Part shown: one piece after another, positions 53,302 through 60,801 of the stretch | Layout of the letters: each line of letters starts with the position of its first letter | Numbering within the stretch: the first letter of the stretch is position 1 | Assembly (NCBI GenBank): GCA_964609775.1 | Contig: CAZSSJ010000001.1 | Span: forward strand, 22,858 to 86,857 | Source of the DNA: an uncultured Gammaproteobacteria bacterium | Lineage (GTDB): Bacteria; Patescibacteriota; Microgenomatia; JAMCZE01 | Reading direction: 5' to 3' | DNA length: 64,000 bases | The notes under the pieces: generated by a model | The model's database searches: none | What the model saw: the letters and a program-made list of their open reading frames with translations, nothing else | Told to the model about the DNA's origin: nothing | Made by a program: the position numbers and the translations under genes

Positions 53302-54333
53302 TCAATCTAAGATTTCTTCATCCGGTTCGTTAGCCTGTTTTTGGAGTAGAGGGAAATCGACAGTGGTGACGGCGTTTTTCGTGATGGGAAAGAGACCGGG
53401 ACTCACAGCAATGAAACCCTTGGGGGCCGAGGGGGACCACTTCTTCAAAAGTAGCTGCTTCCCACTTTTGCAGTAGAAATAGTTATTGCCAGTGGGGATT
53501 TTGACCGGGCGGTTGATGCCGGCACAGGTCTCAAATTTAAAGCCTGCCGGGATGAGCGGTTTTTTAATTTTATAGTCGCCGGTAGGAATTTCCCCAAAAG
53601 AGTAGTTTTCTTTGCCGGTGTTTTTTCCGGAATCAAGGATGGCGACTAGTGTGTTTGCGCCAGAGTCGACTTTAGTCAGAGTTAAACTGGCTTTTTTGAC
53701 CGAGGGTTCGACGGACTCGGCGTTTTTTCTGGCGTTGTGGTCGGTTTCGTCGTCATGCCAGATGTAGCCTGTCAGGGGGCCTTTGTCCGAGGCGGTTTGG
53801 ATTTTTTCGACCTGGATTTCGCAGGTGGAGTTGTTTTGAGCGGAGGGGTACCAGAGACTCGCGTTAGTGCCGCAGGTAGTTTTAGAGACCTTCCAATTCG
53901 AGGGAAGGTTAGTGCTGCCGGTTTCAGGGCAACTCGTACAAAGAGTGATTTGGTAGCCGGCGCCAGTTGTTGAGTCAGACCAGGTGGCACAGCCGGCGCC
54001 GTTGCAGGCGGAAGGACTGTAGGTTTGGACACGGCCTTTTTGGCAGACCGGGTCGGAGCAGGAGGCGTTGCAGCCGGTTGGACAAGCGGACATGAAGGTG
54101 GCGCGGACACTCACTTGGCTGGGGTATTTCTGGCCAGTGGCCCGGTCTTTTATTTTAATCGTCAGCGGGTTTCCGAAGGGTGGTGGCGGGGGGGGCGGGG
54201 GGGGGGGGGGGGGGCGGGCTTTGCTCGTAGCCGGAACAAAGCAAGGGAGCCGTGTTGCTGCAGTAGGAGTTGTAGTCCGAATAGGCAGGCTTGATGAGTC
54301 CGGAAGTGAGGCAAGTTTTGACGTCCGGAACAC
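53302..54333 (-). CDS. Cys-rich / SdrD-B (CnaB-like) domain region; probably the C-terminal part of the upstream M64-like gene
   Basis: Its first 40 residues are low-complexity and read the alternate frame of 54155-55594. Real-looking sequence starts after the shared poly-Pro (FGNPLTIKIKDRATG...). GYIWHDDETDHN...YSFGEIPTGDYKIK. Confidence 0.5.
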   Translation of the reverse strand: MFRTSKLASLPDSSSLPIRTTTPTAATRLPCFVPATSKARPPPPPPPPPPPPFGNPLTIKIKDRATGQKYPSQVSVRATFMSACPTGCNASCSDPVCQKGRVQTYSPSACNGAGCATWSDSTTGAGYQITLCTSCPETGSTNLPSNWKVSKTTCGTNASLWYPSAQNNSTCEIQVEKIQTASDKGPLTGYIWHDDETDHNARKNAESVEPSVKKASLTLTKVDSGANTLVAILDSGKNTGKENYSFGEIPTGDYKIKKPLIPAGFKFETCAGINRPVKIPTGNNYFYCKSGKQLLLKKWSPSAPKGFIAVSPGLFPITKNAVTTVDFPLLQKQANEPDEEILD

Positions 54334-55594
54334 ACCAGTTGGTGGTCCAGACGTAAGAGGAATCTCCGATCATGGGAGTCCCCGAGGGAATTGGGGCGAA
54401 GAGATTGATGGCGCCACGCATGGCGGGCTCGTCAACGGGGTCAAGGTGATAACCGGATTCTGACCAGAGTGTCTCCATAATGCAGCTGCCAGAGGTGGAT
54501 TTGTAACGGTTGGTGTAGGTGCAGATGGTGTAGCAGTTTGTTCCGGGGATTCCTGACCATTTGCCACAAGCAGAAGAGGTATCACAGTTTGCGTGAATGT
54601 TTCGGTTGGGGTTGGTTTCAATTTTGTTGTAATCATATTCATCATTTAAGTTTCCGATGCCATGACCTAATTCATGATAGAGGGTAAGTCCGGGAAAAGG
54701 CAGATTTGATTGTGATCGTGACATGAGGGCATACTTGATTGGCGGATAATAGGACCAGCCAATCTTGTCGTCGATGCCTTCAAGAATAACAATGAAGTCG
54801 TAGTTGGTTTGGGAAGCGATGTTGTAGATTAAAGCACTGTCGCAATCAAGATTTTCAGCGTTATTAAAACTGTTACACAAGATTTGATCGTTGTGGATTT
54901 TCGCGAATCTGATTTTTGATCGATATTCGTTCCAAGGTGACTGAGCCAGGAGGAAGTTAGTCATACTGCTAACGTCCGCATCAAATAGGTCAAAGTCGGA
55001 ATAGCGGTCGCTTATAAAGGTAAGGTCAAGGTAACCGTCAGAGGAAAGACCCGACTGGGGAGCCGGAGTGTTAGATGACTTGACAACATAACTTTTTTTA
55101 AGGATTGCCGATTGAATCTTTAGGCTGTCTAAGACTTGGGTCTTTTTTGGCTGGCTATGGCGAATTTGGATTGTAGCGCCCGTTTGGTAAGGGAAAGAGA
55201 TTACCACTCGGGGCTCGGAAAAAATCTTATCCTGTCTATTGATTTGTTTTTTTTCAGAAGCGAAAGTTTCGATGGCGAGACTGTCAGTAAATTTAATGCT
55301 TGCTTTCCAGGTGGTTTTTCCGTTTAAAACTTGTTCGATTTCATCAGTTTCACTGTCAGTTTTTTGGTTTGGCAAGTAGGGGGTATAGCCATTGTTGGCG
55401 AGGGCTTTTTGAATGGAGATTTTGCCGGTGGTGGGGTTTTTGGTTAAGACGAGGATGAGGTTGGTGTCTGCTTTGAGGCCAGTAGCTTTGTCTTGGAGAC
55501 GGGTTTGTTGGGTGACAATAAATAGAGTTGCACCTAGGAGGGGGAGGAGGAGAAGGACGAGAGTGAGGCTGAGGGTGGCGGCACCTTTTTTCAT
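54155..55594 (-). CDS. Secreted M64 (IgA-peptidase-like) zinc metalloprotease, truncated by a frame change in the poly-C tract
   Basis: Signal peptide. HELGHGIGNLNDEYDY matches the M64-type HExxHxxxxLxDEY. Ends 15 codons after the poly-Pro. Confidence 0.65.
   Translation of the reverse strand: MKKGAATLSLTLVLLLLPLLGATLFIVTQQTRLQDKATGLKADTNLILVLTKNPTTGKISIQKALANNGYTPYLPNQKTDSETDEIEQVLNGKTTWKASIKFTDSLAIETFASEKKQINRQDKIFSEPRVVISFPYQTGATIQIRHSQPKKTQVLDSLKIQSAILKKSYVVKSSNTPAPQSGLSSDGYLDLTFISDRYSDFDLFDADVSSMTNFLLAQSPWNEYRSKIRFAKIHNDQILCNSFNNAENLDCDSALIYNIASQTNYDFIVILEGIDDKIGWSYYPPIKYALMSRSQSNLPFPGLTLYHELGHGIGNLNDEYDYNKIETNPNRNIHANCDTSSACGKWSGIPGTNCYTICTYTNRYKSTSGSCIMETLWSESGYHLDPVDEPAMRGAINLFAPIPSGTPMIGDSSYVWTTNWCVPDVKTCLTSGLIKPAYSDYNSYCSNTAPLLCSGYEQSPPPPPPPAPPATTLRKPADD
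54188..54218. repeat. G8-C-G18-C-G3 homopolymer tract (poly-Pro codons on the minus strand)
   Basis: Read directly: G run 54188-54195 and G run 54197-54214. Confidence 0.95.
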
Positions 55595-55651
55595 GGGTAT
55601 AGTTATAGTATTTAGATTATTACTCCCACAAGGCCTGTCAAGGGTTCAGGA

Positions 55652-55794
55652 TTGACAGTAAGATGGCCGACTAGTAAGATTAGACCGTATGAATGGTCGT
55701 GTTTTGCTTTTGGCTCTCCTTCAAAGCTCGCAATAGCGGGGAAGGTTTGTTGGCAAAACACATCTTAATCCCGCAAAAGGCGGGATTTTTTGTT
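55652..55794 (+). promoter_or_regulatory. Promoter plus structured ~110-nt transcript ending in an intrinsic terminator (cis-leader of the 4HB-leuS operon, or a small RNA)
   Basis: TTGACA(55652)-N17-TAAGAT(55675). 9-bp stem GTGTTTTGC(55699)/GCAAAACAC(55753). Inner CTCGC-aata-GCGGG hairpin. No plus-strand gene lies upstream. Confidence 0.45.
55767..55794 (+). terminator. Rho-independent terminator
   Basis: AATCCCGC-aaaag-GCGGGATT followed by TTTTGTT, 12 nt before the ATG at 55806. Confidence 0.7.
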
Positions 55795-55805
55795 AGGATT
55801 AGCCT

Positions 55806-56408
55806 ATGGATCAGGAAAATTGGGGGAATCAGGGAGATCAGTTTAAGAAAGCGGGCTACCAGTATCTGTTGGCTTGGAAAATAACTGTTCCCATTTATGA
55901 TTACACTGTCATTTTTTGCAGGAAGTATCGCAGATTGCTCTCTTCTGAGCGGACTTATGACCAGATGGTGCAGGCGGCCAGAAGCGGGACACAAAATGTT
56001 CCGGAGGGAAATCAACAGGCAAGTCTTGAAGGCTACATCAAATTGACTGGTGTTAACAAAGCCTCATTGGAGGAACTATTGAGGGATTTCCTGGCGTTTG
56101 CCAGACAGAATCAGATTCCAATTTGGTCAAAGGAAAGGTGTGTCAGGGAAATTAGGGAAATTGGGGAGATCTGGGGGATTCTTAAAAATAATAAAACGCT
56201 CCCTGACGATCCCAATTTCCCGAATTTCCCTGACAAATTGGAGATCGGCGTCAATTTAATGATAACATTGGTCCATCAAGCAATTTTTCTTCAAGGGAAA
56301 TTAAAGGAGTCTTTGGAGAAAAAGTTCATCGAGGAAGGTGGTTTTAGAGAGAACTTGTTTAGAAAGAGAATGGACTGGCGAAGGAGGCAGAATGGACAGG
56401 AAGTATGA
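55806..56408 (+). CDS. Four-helix-bundle protein (23S rRNA IVS / Avd-like family) with C-terminal suffix domain
   Basis: YQYLLAWKITVPIYDYTVIFCRKY...TYDQMVQAARSGTQNVPEG...ASLEELLRDF matches the family pattern from memory. Confidence 0.55.
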   Translation: MDQENWGNQGDQFKKAGYQYLLAWKITVPIYDYTVIFCRKYRRLLSSERTYDQMVQAARSGTQNVPEGNQQASLEGYIKLTGVNKASLEELLRDFLAFARQNQIPIWSKERCVREIREIGEIWGILKNNKTLPDDPNFPNFPDKLEIGVNLMITLVHQAIFLQGKLKESLEKKFIEEGGFRENLFRKRMDWRRRQNGQEV

Positions 56409-58977
56409 ACCGGCAGAGATAGAGAAGAAGTGGCCCTCCTTCGCCAAGGCTTCGGACGGGCAAGCAGGACGTTATAACCATCGGGAGATTGAGCATAAGT
56501 GGCAGGAGGTGTGGGAAAAAGAGAAACTATATCTAACTCCAAAACCTGATGCCGAGCATCCGAAGAGATACATTTTGGATATGTTTCCCTACCCGTCGGG
56601 GGCGGGACTTCATGTTGGGCATATGGAAGGCTACGTGGCCACGGATGTTATTGTCAGATACCTGCGGATGAAGGGGCTTTCGGTTCTTCACCCGATGGGC
56701 TGGGACGCGTTTGGCCTGCCGGCCGAGAATTATGCGATTAAAGAAGGAATTGCCCCTGATAAGTCGACGCACGAGAATATCAAGAATTTTAAGTATCAGC
56801 TTCAACTTTTGGGACTGTCTTATGATTGGTCCAAAGAAATAGATACATCTAGCCCGAAGTATTACAAATGGACACAGTGGTTGTTTACGCTGCTGTTTAA
56901 AAAGGGCTTAGCCTATAAAAAGAAAGCGCCGGCGAATTGGTGCCCCAAGGACGAAACGGTGCTGGCCAACGAGCAGGTGGTTGATGGGAAATGCGAACGG
57001 TGCGGGACGGCGGTAGTGCAAAAGGAATTGGAGCAGTGGTTTTTTAAGATTACGGATTATGCGGATAAGCTGATTTCCGGTCTGGACAAAGTCGATTGGC
57101 CGGAATCGACCAAGACGCAGCAGGTTAACTGGATTGGGAAGAAAGAGGGCATCGAAATTACTTATGAGGTGGTAGGTGTTCCTGACGAAATTACTGTTTT
57201 TACGACTGCTCCGGTTAACTTTGGGATGACCTTTTTGGTTTTAGGACCAGAACACCATTTCGTCCAGAAAATTATTTCTGGTGAAATTAAGATTTCTTCT
57301 GAGACTCAAAAAGAAGTTAAGGATTATGTTGAGGCGGCGGGTAAAAAGACAGAACTGGAGAGGATCGCTGCGGGTAGGGAGAAGACAGGGGTGTTTACCA
57401 CTTTATATGCAATTAACTCCATTAATGGTAAAAAAGTGCCGATTTATGTGACTGATTTTGTTTTAGGGCATGTGGGTACTGGTGCGGTTCAAGGTTGCCC
57501 GGCGCATGATCTTAAAGACTTTCAGTTTGCAAAGAAGTTTAACTTGCCGATCGTTAGAGTTGTTGAGGGTCCCGATGGTGATGCTGGACCGGTAGAGAGA
57601 GAAGATCAGATTATTGAAAAGGGAATGCGGGGTACATTTATTAATTCAGAGTTTTTGAACGGCTTGAGTTTTGAGGGAGGACTGCAAAAGACGATGGACT
57701 ATTTTGTTGAAAAAGGCGTTGGTAGGAGGGTGGTGACCTATCACATTCGGGATTGGCTGATTTCGAGGCAGAGATATTGGGGGTGCCCGATCCCGATGGT
57801 GTTTTGCGAAAAAGACAGCTGGCAGCCTGTTCCTGATTCAGAACTACCTATTTTGTTACCAACTGATATAGATTTTCGACCGACCGGGGAATCACCGATT
57901 GCCAGATCAGGGTCTTTCCAAAAAGGGGTAAGGTGCCCGGTTTGCGGGGAGGCAGCCAAGCGGGAGGTAGACACCATGGACACTTACGTCGACTCCTCAT
58001 GGTATTTTTACCGCTTTGTAGATCCGGATAATAACAAAAAATTCGCTTCGAAGAAGGCTCTCGAAACATGGATGCCGGTGGACATTTATGTTGGCGGCGG
58101 GCATGTGGTCCAGCACCTGCTGTTTGCCCGATTCTTCCACAAAGTTCTCGTCGATGCAGGATATATTAAGGGTGATGGCGCTGGTGAGCCTTTCCTAAAG
58201 CTTAGAGCGCCGGGATGGATTTTGGGCCCGGACTCTCGCAAGATGAGCAAGCGCTGGGCGAACGTTATCACTCCGGAGGAAGTGGTTGCCAAACATGGAG
58301 CGGACACGATGCGGATGTATGAGATGTTTATGGCGCCGTTTGAAGTCGATAAACCGTGGAATGTCAACTCGGTGGCTGGGGTGCAGCGCTTTTTGAGCCG
58401 AATTTACGGTTTGTTTGAAAGATCTTATCAGTTGAAGGACGCAGTTGCTGGCGAAGCAATGGCTCGTGAGATTAATAAATTGGTTTTTAAGGTCGGCAAA
58501 GATATTGAGGGTTTCAAGTTCAATACGGCAGTGGCTGCCATGATGGAGTTTGTGAATCAGGTACAGGCAGGATTGAAGACGAAGGAGCAGGGTGAAGGAA
58601 GCTACACCTGGAGAGTGGTTTGGGAGAAGTTTCTGACCGTTTTGGCGCCGTTTGCGCCGCATTTGGCGGAGGAGCTGTGGTCCCACTTCGCCAAGGCTTC
58701 GCGGGACAAGCATGGATATGTTTCTGTCCATCAGCAGTCGTGGCCGGAGGTTGATGAGAAATATCTGGGCCAGGAAAGCAGGACGATCGTGGTGTCGATT
58801 AATGGCAAGGCGAGAGCGACATTGAAAATGAGCAATGGGCAATCCTCAATGAGCAATAGCCAGGAGGAGGTTGAGAAGTTGGCGAGAGGAGATCAGAATG
58901 TGGCGAAGTGGCTGGAAGGGAAAGAGGTTAAGAAAGTGGTCTACGTACCAGGCAAGATTGTCAACTTCGTCGTTTAA
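56392..58977 (+). CDS. leuS: Leucine--tRNA ligase
   Basis: FPYPSGAGLHVGHMEGY (HIGH region), KMSKRW (KMSKS). ATG at 56392 after GAAGGAGG; the track ORF opens at 56338. Confidence 0.95.
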   Translation: MDRKYEPAEIEKKWPSFAKASDGQAGRYNHREIEHKWQEVWEKEKLYLTPKPDAEHPKRYILDMFPYPSGAGLHVGHMEGYVATDVIVRYLRMKGLSVLHPMGWDAFGLPAENYAIKEGIAPDKSTHENIKNFKYQLQLLGLSYDWSKEIDTSSPKYYKWTQWLFTLLFKKGLAYKKKAPANWCPKDETVLANEQVVDGKCERCGTAVVQKELEQWFFKITDYADKLISGLDKVDWPESTKTQQVNWIGKKEGIEITYEVVGVPDEITVFTTAPVNFGMTFLVLGPEHHFVQKIISGEIKISSETQKEVKDYVEAAGKKTELERIAAGREKTGVFTTLYAINSINGKKVPIYVTDFVLGHVGTGAVQGCPAHDLKDFQFAKKFNLPIVRVVEGPDGDAGPVEREDQIIEKGMRGTFINSEFLNGLSFEGGLQKTMDYFVEKGVGRRVVTYHIRDWLISRQRYWGCPIPMVFCEKDSWQPVPDSELPILLPTDIDFRPTGESPIARSGSFQKGVRCPVCGEAAKREVDTMDTYVDSSWYFYRFVDPDNNKKFASKKALETWMPVDIYVGGGHVVQHLLFARFFHKVLVDAGYIKGDGAGEPFLKLRAPGWILGPDSRKMSKRWANVITPEEVVAKHGADTMRMYEMFMAPFEVDKPWNVNSVAGVQRFLSRIYGLFERSYQLKDAVAGEAMAREINKLVFKVGKDIEGFKFNTAVAAMMEFVNQVQAGLKTKEQGEGSYTWRVVWEKFLTVLAPFAPHLAEELWSHFAKASRDKHGYVSVHQQSWPEVDEKYLGQESRTIVVSINGKARATLKMSNGQSSMSNSQEEVEKLARGDQNVAKWLEGKEVKKVVYVPGKIVNFVV

Positions 58978-59026
58978 CCGTTTTTATCTGTGTAAAATGA
59001 ATTCAGAAGATAATGAGTTAAGATCT

Positions 59027-59344
59027 TTATCCCTTAGGTTTTATTTTGGGCTTCAGATTTGTATCTAAGTTGAGCTTTGAGAGAATTTCGTTTATGCCTT
59101 CGTCTCCTGGATGAAAATGTTTCCAACCATCATCTCGAGTGTATCCTCTCTCAGACCCGGTTCCGCGGCTTGCGAGTCTGATATAGAATACCGTTTCACT
59201 GTTGTCGTATAAAGTTAAACTGCCAGACCAGATTCCATCGCCACCGGCAAAAGCACGACTAGGATCAAGAGCAATCATATCTGCGTGGTTTAAAGAAACA
59301 GTTCTCACGATAGTTGGACGATCTTTTTGGTCTGGATCTTTCAT
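59027..59344 (-). CDS. Small hypothetical protein H (105 aa)
   Basis: The ATG follows GAGAAT-N7 of the module. Divergent from phd-relE. No family recognised. Confidence 0.5.
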   Translation of the reverse strand: MKDPDQKDRPTIVRTVSLNHADMIALDPSRAFAGGDGIWSGSLTLYDNSETVFYIRLASRGTGSERGYTRDDGWKHFHPGDEGINEILSKLNLDTNLKPKIKPKG

Positions 59345-59378
59345 TTCGCCTATTCTCTCTCTCTGCTTCTTTTGTCAA
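59345..59378 (-). promoter_or_regulatory. Shared promoter module, copy H: spacer 15, N7, ATG
   Basis: TTGACAAAAGAAGCAGAGAGAGAGAATAGGCGAAATG. Like copy A, it is followed upstream by the palindrome TTGTCAAGC-nnn-GCTTGACAA. Confidence 0.55.
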
Positions 59379-59468
59379 GCCCAGCTTGACAAAACTAGCC
59401 CTGGCGTTATTTGTCAAGTCCGGGCGGGCTGGAGATGGAGTGGCTGGAGATGGAGAGTAAATGCAATA

Positions 59469-59497
59469 TTGACAAAGCGTACGGTTTGACGTACGAT
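59469..59497 (+). promoter_or_regulatory. phd-relE promoter giving a leaderless mRNA
   Basis: TTGACA-N17-TACGAT-N6-ATG(59504). Confidence 0.55.
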
Positions 59498-59503
59498 TGT
59501 GGT

Positions 59504-59788
59504 ATGAATACGACGACTTTACCCCAAAATTTGACCGTGAGTCAGGCTCGTGCGAATCTTTATGATTTGATTGAAGAAGTGGGTTCGAAGTTGCGTCGAT
59601 TTGTCATTTCTCACAAGGGAAGGCCGACGGCGGTGGTGATGCCTGTGGAGGATTTGGAAAGTTGGGACGAAACGTTGGAGATTATGGCGAACAAGAAGTT
59701 GATGAGGTCTATTAAAAAGGCTCAAAGGGAATATGGGCGCGGTGAGGCAATTAGTTTTGAGGAAGTCAAGAAAAAATTGGGTATATGA
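59504..59788 (+). CDS. phd: Phd/YefM-family antitoxin
   Basis: LTVSQARANLYDLIEEVGSKLRRFVISHKGRPTAVVMPVEDLESWDETLEI. The track ORF opens at 59411. Confidence 0.8.
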   Translation: MNTTTLPQNLTVSQARANLYDLIEEVGSKLRRFVISHKGRPTAVVMPVEDLESWDETLEIMANKKLMRSIKKAQREYGRGEAISFEEVKKKLGI

Positions 59789-60036
59789 GACTTCAGTTTT
59801 CAAAAGATGCCCTAAAACAACTGGAAAAGATATCCCGAAACGAGGCTAAAAAGATTACCAGGAAACTGGAACAACTCGAAACTGAGCCCCTCGTTGGCAA
59901 GAAACTGGCTGGGGAGCTAGCCGATCAGTTTTCACTGCGAGCCTGGCCTTACAGAATCATTTATCAGGTTTATCCGAAAGCACAGACTGTGTTGATAATA
60001 CACATTGAGCATCGGCAGGGAGTTTACAAAAATTGA
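59785..60036 (+). CDS. relE: RelE/ParE-family toxin
   Basis: 83 aa. ...LRAWPYRIIYQVYPKAQTVLIIHIEHRQGVY. 4-nt overlap with phd. Confidence 0.8.
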   Translation: MRLQFSKDALKQLEKISRNEAKKITRKLEQLETEPLVGKKLAGELADQFSLRAWPYRIIYQVYPKAQTVLIIHIEHRQGVYKN

Positions 60037-60796
60037 GCTGTTTTGCGATCTTGTGAGGGGGTTGATTTTCTTACATCGGGGTGTTACTTCTAATTTGGTG
60101 ACTAATCCACAAGATGTTCACAAGTCCGGGGATGCGGGAAATGTTTCGCCCTTGCAATTTACGACGCAGTTGCCGCGGTTAATGCCGCTTGGAGTGGCGG
60201 CTCTGGGAATTTTGCTGATCGGCGTAGGGATTTTTTGGGAATACTTCAAAACGCATCAGAATCCATCAAGTAAAAATAGCAGTCAAAAGTTAGTTGTTGG
60301 GGAGGAAGGAATGGTGGCAAGTGTGGCGGGAGTGAAAAACCAAGTGAAAGGAAGAACAATCTTTGTTGATGTCTCTGGGGCTGTGGAAAAACCTCAAGTT
60401 GTGGAAGTGCCATATGATTCCCGCGTAAAGGATGTGCTTATTGCCGCAGGTGGTTTGACCCCGAAAGCTGACCGAAATTATGTATCTAAGTCAATCAATT
60501 TAGCTCAGAAGGTTCAAGATGGCACGAAGATCTATGTTCCGGCTCAGGGCGAGATGGTCTCTGTTTCAGCGCCTCAAGTCTCAGGGAATTCAGGGCAATT
60601 AGGGATACAGGGAAATTTAATAAACATTAATGAAGCAAGTGAGTCAGAACTCGATTCATTGCCGGGAGTGGGGCCGGTGACGGCGCAGAAGATAATTTCA
60701 GGCAGGCCCTATCAGGAGGTGTCGGAACTGGTGAGTAAGAAGATTGTTAATCAGTCGGTTTTTGACAAAATCAGGGATAAGGTCGCAGCCTATTAG
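60005..60796 (+). CDS. comEA: ComEA-like DNA-binding competence protein (TM, SLBB-like domain, tandem HhH)
   Basis: INEASESELDSLPGVGPVTAQKIISGRPYQEVSELV. The start is uncertain: the track ORF overlaps relE, and internal GTG/ATG candidates lie at 60099-60182. Confidence 0.75.
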   Translation: MSIGREFTKIELFCDLVRGLIFLHRGVTSNLVTNPQDVHKSGDAGNVSPLQFTTQLPRLMPLGVAALGILLIGVGIFWEYFKTHQNPSSKNSSQKLVVGEEGMVASVAGVKNQVKGRTIFVDVSGAVEKPQVVEVPYDSRVKDVLIAAGGLTPKADRNYVSKSINLAQKVQDGTKIYVPAQGEMVSVSAPQVSGNSGQLGIQGNLININEASESELDSLPGVGPVTAQKIISGRPYQEVSELVSKKIVNQSVFDKIRDKVAAY

Positions 60797-60801
60797 CTTT
60801 C

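Noticed and set aside
55652-55794. T-box riboswitch upstream of leuS
   Set aside because: The leader is only about 110 nt. I could not find the conserved T-box sequence or a specifier-loop architecture. It is kept only as a generic leader or sRNA candidate.
55806-56408. Diversity-generating retroelement, suggested by the Avd-like four-helix-bundle gene
   Set aside because: No reverse transcriptase ORF (no YxDD-type motif seen) and no template/variable repeat pair in the window.
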